Positions 1-12,400 of a stretch of 30,644 bases of DNA are shown here, piece by piece. The translations under genes and the position numbers were made by a program. Within the stretch, counting starts at the first letter, position 1. Every line of letters starts with the position of its first letter. The notes under the pieces were generated by a model that worked only from the letters and a program-made list of their open reading frames with translations, searched no databases and had not been told where the DNA came from. The stretch comes from Raillietiella orientalis (Eukaryota): positions 62,001-92,644 of the forward strand of contig JAYWIR010000125.1 in the NCBI GenBank assembly GCA_036172245.1, given 5' to 3'.

Positions 1-3000
1 GTGGTGTGCAAACAAAAGGAATTTCTGTTATGGATAAAAGGCATGAAGCGGACCATTACAAAAGAAATCAAGACATCATTTATGAAAAGCATTATAGATA
101 GCACCAAAATTGGCGAAGCAGTGGTTGCCGAATGGTCGTGGATACGAAATATGCAACTGGTACATTCATGTGGAAGAGACGCTTCTTACAGTTCCATAGT
201 TTTGAAATCTCGTAACTGAATTCTGGTAGCAAGAATGGATTTCTGAGATCGGATCTGTTATGTCTAATCACGTTGGCATCAAAACTGTACACAATGGATT
301 CAGTTGAAGATGATCAAAAAAGAGAGGTATGCTGCAATTTGGCGGAAACCTTTCCTCTTCCTTCATATTGTTAGTGACTTCTGCAGGGAATTTGATCTGT
401 CGTGAAAATTGATATCTTTAGATGGCTTGGTTTGTTCTTGCAGGGTCAGCAAAATACGCGTTGCACAGAAGAGTATCCATCTGCATAGTGCATAGATTTT
501 CTCCGTGAACATGTGAAATGAAAACAATAGTGTTGTAACATGTAGTCTCATAATAGCTTGCGATAAAGCCAATAGTTTGAATTTTTATTCATTGTCAAGG
601 AAACCAATGTTGCAATCCAAAGAGCCATCATTGGGATTAATTGTATTTCAGAAAATAACATATTTTCGCATGTGTTCCAAATTATGTTTACCACAGCAAA
701 AAGCCTTGTGTGTCTTACTAACATACAAGAAAATCGACGTTGCCCACAATGGAAAAGACGAAAAAGTAGAAATCAGAGGTTTCGAAACACATTGGAATAT
801 GGTGTGAAAAGTTAAAGACGGAGAGTCTGAAGATGCCAGAAGAGGATATAGAAGCTTCGTCTTGTTTGGTGTTCTTCAGAAAAGCAGCTGCACTCACAAC
901 AGATTGAATTATAAATTCATTCGGCATTGACAAACAGAGAATACGTTGAGTTGTTAAGCAAACACTTGCAAGCAAATTACCATTTCAACCTCTCCACACA
1001 TATCATAACCGCGTTATACGAAGTTTGCCAAGTTCAGCAGTGCTTATGGAAGGATAAAACAACAGGTTTGGAAATGCATAGATGACGCTAATCGTAAGTG
1101 GGCGTTTAGTGGTGTGCAAACAAAAGCAATTTCCGTTATGGATAAAAGACATTAAGCAGAGCATTACGAAAAAAATTTTGACATCATTTATGAAAAGCAT
1201 TATAGATACGACCAAAATTGGCGAAGCATTGGTTGCCGAATGGACGTCGATACCAAATATGCAACTGGTGCACTCAGCACAAAGAGGCTCTTGTTACAAT
1301 TTCATACAGTTGAAATTTCGAATCTGAATTGTCGTAGCAAAGATGGAATTCTAAGAAGAGACCTCTTATGTCTAATCACGTCGGCACCTAAGCACTTGAA
1401 AACGGATTCAGTTCAAGATGATCAAAGCAGGGAGCAACGCTGCAAACCGTATAAAACCATTCCTCTTCCTACATATTGTTAGTGACCTCTGCGCGTAATT
1501 TGTTCTGTCGAAGAAATTGACATCTTTAGTTGGCTTGGTTTCTTGTTGCAGGCTCATCAAAACGCGCGTTGCTCGAAAGAATATCCATTTGCATACTGCA
1601 TACATTTACTGCGTAAGAATGTGAACTAAAAACAACAGCGTTTAAAAAGTTGGTCTTCAGATTGCTTGCGAAGAAATGAATAGTTTGAAATTTTATTCAT
1701 TGTCAAGGAAACCAATGCTGCAGACGGAAGACCAATCATTGAGATTCATCGTATTTCAGAAACAAAAGATACTTGTGCACGTGTTTCTAAATATGTTTGA
1801 CACAACAAAATGGCTTTGAAATAATGTTCCCGTAGAAGAAAATCGCCGATGCCGACAATGGAAGAGACAGGAAAAAGGATACCTAAGATATTGAAATACA
1901 CTGGAAAATCGTTTGAAAAGTTGGAGCTGAATCGTCTGAAGATGCCAGAAGAGGATATAGAAGCTTCGTTTGGTTTGCTGTTCTCATGCGAAGCAGCTGT
2001 ACGTACAACAGATTATACTATAAATTCAATCGGCATTAACAAATCGAGAATACGATCTGTTATGTAGCAAGCACTTGCGATCAAATCAACATTTCAACCT
2101 CTCCACACATATCACAACCGCGTTATACGAAGTTTGCCAAGTTCAGCAGTGCTTATGGAAGGATAAAAGAACAGGTTTGCAAATGCATAGATGAGGCTAA
2201 TCCTAAGTGGGCGTTTAGTGGTGTGCGAACAAAAGCAATTTCTGTTACGGATGAAAGGCATGAAGCAGACCATTACAAAAGAAATCACGACATCATTAAT
2301 GAAAGGCATTATAGATACGACGAAAATTGGCGAAGCATTGGTTGCCGAATGGTCGTGGATACGAAATATGCAACTGGCACATCCATCCCAAAGAGACGCT
2401 TCTTACAGTTTCATACTTTCGAAATCTCGTAACTGAATTCTGCTAGCAAGAATGGAATTCTGAGAACGGATCTCTTATGTCTAATCACGTTGCAATCTAA
2501 GGTGTACACAATGGATTCAGTAGAAGATGATCAAAGAGGAGCGCAATGCTGCAATTTGTGGAAAACCTTTCCTCTTCCTTCATATTGTTAGTGACTTCTG
2601 CGCGGAATTTGATCTGTCGTGAAAATTGATATCTTTAGATGGCTTGGTTTGTTCTTGCCGGGTCAGCAAAATACGCGTTGCAGAGAAGAGTATCCATCTG
2701 CATAGTGCATAGATTTTCTCCGTGAACATGTGAAATGAAAACAATAGTGTTGCAGCATGTGGTCTCATAATAACTTGCGATAAAGCCAATAGTTTGAAAT
2801 TTTGTTTATTGTCAAGGAAACCAATGTTGCAATCCAAAGAGCCATCATTGGGATTAATTGTATTTCAGAAAATAACATATTTTCGCATGTGTTCCAAATT
2901 ATGTTTACCACAGCAAAAAGCCTTGTGTGTCTTACTAACATACAAGAAAATCGACGTTGCCCACAATGGAAAAGACGAAAAAGTAGAAATCAGAGGTTTC

Positions 3001-6000
3001 GAAACACATTGGAATATGGTGTGAAAAGTTAAAGACGGAGAGTCTGAAGATGCCAGAAGAGGATATAGAAGCTTCGTCTTGTTTGGTGTTCTTCAGAAAA
3101 GCAGCTGCACTCACAACAGATTGAATTATAAATTCATTCGGCATTGACAAACAGAGAATACGTTGAGTTGTTAAGCAAACACTTGCAAGCAAATTACCAT
3201 TTCAACCTCTCCACACATATCATAACCGCGTTATACGAAGTTTGCCAAGTTCAGCAGTGCTTATGGAAGGATAAAACAACAGGTTTGGAAATGCATAGAT
3301 GAGGCTAATCCTAAGTGGGCGCTTAGTGGTGTGCAAACAAAAGCACTTTCCGTTATGGATAAAAGACATGAAGCAGAGCATTACAAAAAAAATCTTCACA
3401 TCATTTATGAAAATAATTATAGATACGACCAAAATTGGCGAAGCATTGGTCGCCGAATGGACGTCGATACCAAATATGCAACTGGTGCACTCAGCGCAAA
3501 GAGACGCTTGTTACAATTTCATACTGTTGAAATTTCGAAACTGAATTGTCGTAGCAAGGATGGAATTCTAAGAAGAGACCTCTTATGTCTAATCACGTAG
3601 GCACCTAAGCACTTGAAAACGGATTCAGTTCAAGATGATCAAAGCAGGGAGCAATGCTGCAAACCGTATAAAACCATTCCTCTTCCTACATATTGTTAGT
3701 GACCTCTGCGCGTAATTTGTTCTGTCGAAGAAATTGAGATCTTTAGTTGGCTTGGTTTCTTGTTGCAGGCTCAACAAAATGCGCGTTGCTCGAAAGAATA
3801 TCCATTTGCATACTGCATACAGTTTCTCTGTAAGAATGTGAACTAAAAACAACAGCGTTTAAAAAGTTGGTCTTCAGATTGCTTGCGAAGAAATGAATAG
3901 TTTGAAATTTTATTTATTGTCAAGGAAACCAATGTTGCAGACGGAAGACCAATCATTGAGATTCATCGTATTTCAGAAAAAAAAGATACTTTTGCACGTG
4001 TTTCAAAATATGTTTCACATGGCAAAATGGATTTGAAATATTGTTCCCGTAGAAGAAGATCGCCGATGCCGACAATGGAATAGACAGGAAAGCGGAAAAC
4101 TAAGATATTGAAAAATACTGGGAAATCGTTTGAAAAGTTGGAGCTGAATCGTCAGAAGAGGCCAGAAGAGGATACAAACGGTTCGTTACTTTTGCTGTTC
4201 TCATGCGAAGCAGCTGTACATACAACAGATTATACTATAAATTCAATCGGCATTAACAAATCGAGAATACGATCTGTTATGTAGCAAGCACTTGCGATCA
4301 AATCAACATTTCAACCTCTCCACACATATCACAACCGCGTTATACGAAGTTTGCCAAGTTCAGCAGTGCTTATGGAAGGATAAAAGAACAGGTTTGCAAA
4401 TGCATAGATGAGGCTAATCCTAAGTGGGCGTTTAGTGGTGTGCGAACAAAAGCAATTTCTGTTACGGATGAAAGGCATGAAGCAGACCATTACAAAAGAA
4501 ATCACGACATCATTAATGAAAGGCATTATAGATACGACGAAAATTGGCGAAGCATTGGTTGCCGAATGGTCGTGGATACGAAATATGCAACTGGCACATC
4601 CATCTCAAAGAGACGCTTCTTACAGTTTCATACTTTCGAAATCTCGTAACTGAATTCTGGTAGCAAGAATGGAATTCTGAGAACGGATCTCTTATGTCTA
4701 ATCACGTTGCAATCTAAGGTGAACACAATGGATTCAGTTGAAGAAGATCAAAGAGGAGAGCAATGCTGCAATTTGTGGAAAACCTTTCCTCTTCCTTCAT
4801 ATTGTTAGTGACTTCTGCGCGGAATTTGATCTGTCGTTAAAATTGATATCTTTAGATGGCTTGGTTTGTTGTTGCAGGGTCAGCAAAATACGCGTTGCAC
4901 AGAAGAGTATCCATCTGCATACTACATAGATTTTCTCCGTGAACATGTGAAATGAAAACAATAGTGTTGCAACATGTGGTCTCATAATAGCTTGCGATAA
5001 AGCCAATAGTTTGAAATTTTATTCATTGTCAAAAAAAACCAATCTTGCAATCCAAAGAGCCATGATTGAGATTAATTGTATCTCAGAAAAAAACATATTT
5101 TCGCATGTGTTCCAAATTATGTTTACCACAGCAAAAAGCCTTGTGTGTCTTACTAACATACAAGAAAATCGACGTTGCCCACAATGGAAAAGACGAAAAA
5201 GTGGAAATCAGAGGTTTCGAAACACATTGGAATATGGTGTGAAAAGTTAAAGACGGAGCGTCTGAAGATGCCAGAAGAGGATATAGAAGCTTCGTCTCGT
5301 TTGGTATTCTCATGCGAAGCAGCTATACATACAACAGATTATACTATAACTTCAATCGGCATTAACAAATCGAGAATACGTTCTGTTGTGTAGCAAGCAC
5401 TTGCAAGCAAATCAACATTTCAACCTCTGCACACGCATGACAACCGCGTTATACGAAGTTCGTTAAGATCAGCAGTGCTTATGGAAGGATAAAACAACAG
5501 CTCTGAAAATGCATGGATGATCCTAATCCTAGGTGGGCGTATAGTGGTGTGCAAACTGAAGCAATTTCTGTTATAAATGAAAGGCATGAAGCAGACCATT
5601 ACGAAAGAATTCACGACATTATTTATGAAAAACATTGTAGATAGCACCAAAATTGGCGAAGCAGTGGCTGCCGAATGGTCGTCGGTACGAAATATGCAAC
5701 TGGTACACTCATTTCAAAGAGTCGGTTCTTACAGTTTCATATTTTGAAATCTCGTAAATGAATTCTGGTAGCAAGAATGGAATTCTGAGATCGGATCTCT
5801 TATGTCTAATCATGTTGGCATCTAAGGTGTACACAATCTATACAGTTGAAGGCGATCAAACAAGAGAGCAATGCTGTAATTTGACGGAAACCTTTCCTCT
5901 TCCTTCATATTGTTAGTGACTTCTGCACGGAATTTGATCTGCCGTGAATATTGATATCTTTAGATGGCTTGGTTTGTTGTTGCAGGGTCAGCAAAATACG

Positions 6001-9000
6001 CGTTGCACAAAAGAGTATCCATCTGCATACTGCATACATTTTCTCCGTTAACATGTGAATTGAAAAAAGTAGTGTTGCAACATGTGGTCTCATGATAGCT
6101 TGCGAAAAAGTCAATAGTTTGAAGTTTTATTCATTGTCAAGGAAACCAATGTTGCAATCCAAGGACTCATCATTGAGGTTAACGGTATATCAAAAACGAA
6201 AAATATTTTCGCGTGTGTTCCAAATTATGTTTACCACTGCAAAAAGCCTTGTGTGTCTTACTTACATACAAGAAAATCGACGTTGCCCAGAATGGAAAAG
6301 ACGAAAAAGTGGAAATCAGAGGTTTCGAAACACATTGGAATATGCTGTGAACAGTTAAATTCGGAGCGTCTGAAGATGCCAGAAGAGGATATAGAAGCTT
6401 CGTTTGGTTTGCTGTTCTCATGCGAAGCAGCTGTACGTACAACAGATTATACTATAACTTCAATCGGCATTAACAAATCGAGAATACGTTCTGTTGTGTA
6501 GCAAGCACTTGCAAGCAAATCAACATTTCAACCTCTGCACACGCATGACAACCGCGTTATACGAAGTTCGTTAAGATCAGCAGTGCTTATGGAAGGATAA
6601 AACAACAGGTATAGATATGCAAAGATCATCCTAATCCTAGGTGTGCTCATAGTGGTGTGCAAACAAAAGGAATTTCTGTTATGGATAAAAGAGATGAAGC
6701 GGACCATTAAAAAAGAAATCAAGACATCATTTATAAAATGCATTACAGATAGCACCAAAATTGGCGAGGCAGTGGTTGCCGAATGGTCGTCGATACGAAA
6801 TATGCAACTGGTACATTCATCTGGAAGAGACGCTTCTTACAGTTTCATAGTTTTGAAATCTCGTAACTGAATTCTGGTAGCAAGAATGGAATTCTGAGAT
6901 CGGATCTCTTATGTCTAATCATGTTGGCATCTAAGGTGTACACAATGGATTCAGTTGAAGATGATCAAAGAGGAGAGCAATGCTGTAATTTGACGGAAAC
7001 CTTTCCTCTTCCTTCATATTGTTTGTGACTTCTGCACGGAATTTGATCTGTCGTGAAAACTGATATCTTTAGATGGCCTGGTTTGCTGTTGTAGGGTCAG
7101 CAAAATACGCGTTGCACAAAAGAGTATCCATCTGCATACTGCATAGATTTTCTCCGTTAACATGTGAATTGGAAAAAATAGTGTTGCAGCATGTGGTCTC
7201 ATAATAACTTGCGATAAAGCCAATAGTTTGAAATTTTATTTATTGTCAAGGAAACCAATGTTGCAATCCAAAGAGCCATCATTGGGATTAATTGTATTTC
7301 AGAAAATAACATATTTTCGCATGTGTTCCAAATTATGTTTACCACTGCAAAAAGCCTTGTGTGTCTTACTTACATACAAGAAAATCGACCTTGCCGACAA
7401 TGGAAAAGACGAAAAAGTTGAAATCAGAGGTTTCGAAACACATTGGAATATATTGTGAAAAGTTAAAGACGGAGCGTCTAAAGATGCCAGAAGAGGATAT
7501 AGAAGCTTCGTCTCGTTTGGTATTCTTAAGAAAAGCAGCTGCACTCACAACAGATTGAATTATAAATTCATTCGCCATTGACAAACAGAGAATAGGTTGA
7601 GTTGTGTAGCAAACACTTGCAAGCAAATCAACATTTCAACCTCTGCACTCATATCACAACCGCGTTATACGAAGTTTGCCAAGTTCAGCAGTGCTTATGG
7701 AATGATAAAACAAGAGGTTTGGAAATGCATAGATGAGGCTAATCGTAAGTGGGCGTTTAGTGGTGTGCTAACAAAAGCAATTTCCGTTATGGATAGAAGA
7801 CATGAAGCAGAGCATTACGAAAAAAATCTTGACATCATTTATGAAAAGCATTAGAGGTACGACCGAAATTGGCGAAGCATTGGTTGCCGAATGGACGTCG
7901 ATAACAAATATGCAACTGGTGCAGTCAGCTCAAAGAGACGCTTGTTACAATTTCATACTGTTGAAATTTCGAAACTGAATTGTTGTAGCAAGGATGGAAT
8001 TCTAAGAAGAGACCTCTTATGTCTAATCACGTCGGCACCTAAGCACTTCAAAACGGATTCAGTTCAAGATGATCAAAGCAGGGAGCAATGCTGCAAACCG
8101 TATAAATCCATTCCTCTTCCTACATATTGTTAGTGACCTCTGCGCGTAATTTGTTCTGTCGAAGAAATTGACATCTTTAGTTGGCTTGGTTTCTTGTTGC
8201 AGGCTCATCAAAATGCGCGTTGCTGGAAACAATATCCATTTGCATACTGCATACATTTTCTCCGTAAGAATGTGAACTAAAAACGAAAGCGTTCAAAAAG
8301 TTGGTCTTCAGATTGCTTGCGATGAAATGAATAGTTTGAAATTTTATTCATTGTCAAGAAAACCAATGTTGCAGACGGAAGACCAATCATTGAGATTCAT
8401 CGTATTTCAGAAAAAAAAGATACTTGCGCACGTGTTTCTAAATATGTTTGACACAACAAAATGGCTTTGAAATAATGTTCCCGTAGAAGAAAATCGCCAA
8501 TGCCGACAATGGAAGGGACAGGAAAACGGAAACCTAAGATATTGAAGAACACTGGAAAATCGTTTGAAAAGTTGGAGCTGAATCGTCAGAAGAGGTCAGA
8601 AGAGGATACAAACGGTTCGTTACTTTTGCTGTTCTCATGCGAAGCAGCTGTACATACAACAGATTATACTATAAATTCAATCCGCATTAACAAATCGAGA
8701 ATACGATCTGTTATGTAGCAAGCACTTGCAAGCAAATCAACATTTCAACCTCTCCACACATATCACAACCGCGTTATACGAAGTTTGCCAAGTTCAGCAG
8801 TGCTCATTGAAGGATAAAAGAACAGGTTTGCAAATGCATAGATGATCCTAAACCTAGGTGTGCGCATAGTGGTGTGCGAACAAAAGCAATTTCTGTTATG
8901 GATGAAAGGCATGAAGCAGAACATTACAAAAGAAATCACGACATCATTAATGAAAAGCATTATAGATAAAACCAAAATTGGCGAAGCATTGGTTGCCGAG

Positions 9001-9405
9001 TGGTCGTGGATACGAATTATGCAACTGGTACATTCATCTCAAAGAGACGCTTCTTACAGTTTCATACTTTCGAAATCTCGTAACTAAATTTTGGGAGCAA
9101 GAATAGAATTCTGATAACGGATCTCTTTTGTCTAATCACGTTGCAATCGAAGGTGTACACAATGGATTCAGTTGAAGATGATCAAAGAGGAGAGCAATGC
9201 TGTAATTTGACGGAAACCTTTCCTCTTCCTTCATATTGTTTGTGACTTCTGCACGGAATTTGATCTGTCGTGAAAACTGATATCTTTAGATGGCCTGGTT
9301 TGCTGTTGTAGGGTCAGCAAAATACGCGTTGCACAAAAGAGTATCCATCTGCATACTGCATAGATTTTCTCCGTTAACATGTGAATTGGAAAAAATAGTG
9401 TTGCA
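1..9405. repeat. 2217-bp dimeric (A/B) higher-order repeat within the 1108-bp array
   Basis: Homologous ORF-track entries recur at exact 2217 offsets (577/2794/5011/7228; 718/2935; 1082/3299; 2191/4408). A diverged B variant (AACCGTATAAA, GACGGAAGACCAATC, TTGGAGCTGAATCGTC) occupies copies 2, 4 and 8. Confidence 0.85.
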
Positions 9406-12400
9406 ACTTTTGGTCACATGATAGCTTGCGAAAAAGTCAATAGTTTGAAATTTTATTCAATGTCAAGGAAACCAATGTGGCAATCCAAAGACCCATCATT
9501 GAGGTTAACCGTATTTCAGAAACGAAAGATATTTTCGCATGTGTTCCAAATTATGTTTACCACTGCAAAAAACCTTGTGTGTCTTACTTACATAGAAGAA
9601 AATCGACGTTGCCGACAATGGAAAAAACAAAAAAGTGGAAATCAGAGGTTTCGAAACACATTGGAATATGGTGTGAAAAGTAAAAGACGGAGCGTCTGAA
9701 GATGCCAGAAGAAAATATAGAAGCTTTGTTTCTTTTGCTGTTCCCATGCGAAGCAGCTGCACATACAACAGATTATACTATAAATTCAATCGGCATTAAC
9801 AAACCGAGAATACGTTCTGTTGTGAAGCAAGCACTTGCAAGCAAATCAACATTTCAACCTCTGCGCACGCATGACAACCGCGTTATACGAAGTTCGTTAA
9901 GATTAGCAGTGCTAATGGAAGGATAAAACAACAGGTTTGGATATGCATAGATGATCCTAAACCTAGGTGTGCGCATAGTGAAGTGCAAACAAAATGAATT
10001 TCTGTTATGGATAAAAGGCATGAAGCGGACCATTAGAAAAGACATCAAGACATCATTTATGAAAAGCATTATAGATAGCACCATAATTGGCGAAGCAGTG
10101 GTTGCCGAATGGTAGTCGAGAAGAAATATGCAACTGGTACATTCATCTGGAAGAGTCGGTTCTTACAGTTTCATATTTTGAAATCTCGTAACTGAATTCT
10201 GGTAGCAAGAATGGAATTCTGAGATCGAATCTCTACTGTCTAATCACGTTGGCATCAAAACTGTACACAATGGATTCAGATGAAGACGATCAAAGAAGAG
10301 AGCAATGCCGTAATTTCACGGCAACCTTTCCTCTTCCTTCATATTGTTAGTGACTTCTGCAGGGAATTTGATCTTCCGTGAAAATTGATATCTTTAGAAT
10401 GCCTTGGTTTGTTGTTGCAGGGTCAGCAAAATACGCGTTGCACGAAAGAGTATCCATCTGCATACTGCATACATTTTCTCCGTTCACATGTGAATTGGAA
10501 AAAATAGTGTTGCGACATGTGGTCTCATGATAGTTTGCAAAAAAGTCAATAGTTTGAAATTTTATTCATTGTCAAGGAAACCAATGTTGCAATCCAAGGA
10601 GCCATCATTGAGATTAATTCTATATCAGAAAATAAGGTATTTTCGCATGTGCTCAAAATTATGTTTACCATTGCAAAAAGCCTTGGTGTCTTACTTACAT
10701 AGAAGAAAATCGACGTTGCCGACAATGGAAAAGACGAAAAAGTGGAAATCAGAAGTTTCGAAACACACTGGAATATGGTGTGAAAAGTTAAATGCGGAGC
10801 GTCTGAAGATGAAAGAAGAAGATATAGAAGCATCGTTTGGGTTGCAGTTCTCATGCGAAGCAGCTCTACATACAACAGATTATACTATAAATTCAATCGG
10901 CATTAACAAACCGAGAATACGTTCTGTTGTGCAGCAAGAACTTGCAAGGAAATGAACATTTCAACCTCTGCACACGCATGACAACCGCGTTATACGAAGT
11001 ACGTTAAGATTAGCAGTGCTTATGGAAGGGTAAAAAAACAGCTTTCAAAATGCATAGATGATCCTAATCCTAGGTGTGCGCATAGTGGTGTGCAAACAAA
11101 AGGAATTTCTGTTATGGATAAAAGGCATAGAGCGGACCATTACAAAAGAAATCAAGACATCATTTATGAAAAACATTATAGATAGCACCAAAATTGGCGA
11201 AGGAGTGGTTGCCGAATGGTAGTCGAGATGAAATATGCAACTGGTACATTCATCTGGAAGAAACGCTTCTTACAGTTTCATAGTTTTGAAATCTCGTAAC
11301 TGAATTCTGGTAGCAAGAATGGAATTCTGAGGAAGGATCTCTTCTGTCTAATCACGTTGGCATGAAAACTGTACACAATGGATTCAGTTGAAGATGATCA
11401 AAGAACAGAACTATGCTACAATTTGTCGGAAACCTTTCCTCTTCCTTCATATTGTTAGTGACTTCTGCACAGAATTTGATCTGTCGTGAAAACTGATATC
11501 TTTAGATGGCTTGGTTTGTTGTTGCAGGGTCAGCAAAATACGCGTTGCACAAAAGAGTATCCATCTGCATACTGCATACATTTTCTCCGTTCACATGTGA
11601 ATTGGAAAAAATAGTGTTGCGACATGTGGTCTCTTGATACCTTGCGAAAAAATCAATAGTTTGAAATTTTATTCATTTTCAAGGAAACCAGTCTTGCAAT
11701 CCAAAGAGCCATCATTGAGATTAATTGTATTTCAGAAACGAAAGAGATTTTCGCATGTGTTCCAAATTATGTTTACCACTGCAAAAAGCCTTGTGTGTCT
11801 TACTTACATACAAGAAAATCGACGTTGCCGACGATGGAAAAGACGAAAAAGGGGAAATCAGAAGTTTCGAAACACACTGGAATATGGTGTGAAAAGTTAA
11901 AGACGGAGCGTCTGAAGATGCCAGAAGGGGATATAGAAGCTTTGTTTCTTTTGCTGTTGTCATGCGAAGCACCTGTGCATACAACAGATTATACTATAAA
12001 TTCAATCGGGATTAACAAACCGAGAATACGTGCTGTTGTGCAGCAAGCACTTGCAAGCAAATCAACATTTCATCTAGTGCAAATGCATGACAACCGCGTT
12101 CTACGAAGTTCGTTGAGATTAACAGTGCTCAAGGAAGGAGAAAACAACAGGTATGGATATGCATAAATGATCCTAATCCTGGGTGTGCGCATAGTGGTGT
12201 GCAAACAAAAGGAATTTCTGTTATGGATAAAAGGCATGAAGCGAACCATTACAAATGAAATCAAGACATCATTTATGAAAAGCATTTTAGATAGCACCAA
12301 AATTGGCGTAACAGTGGTTGCGAATGGTAGTCGAGAAGAAATATGCAACTGGTACATTCATGTGGAAGAGACGCTTCTTACAGTTTCATAGTTTTGAAAT

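Noticed and set aside
827..860. CTGAAGA hammerhead core in the 1108-bp monomer
   Set aside because: No helix II followed by GAAA and no compatible NUH/helix I.
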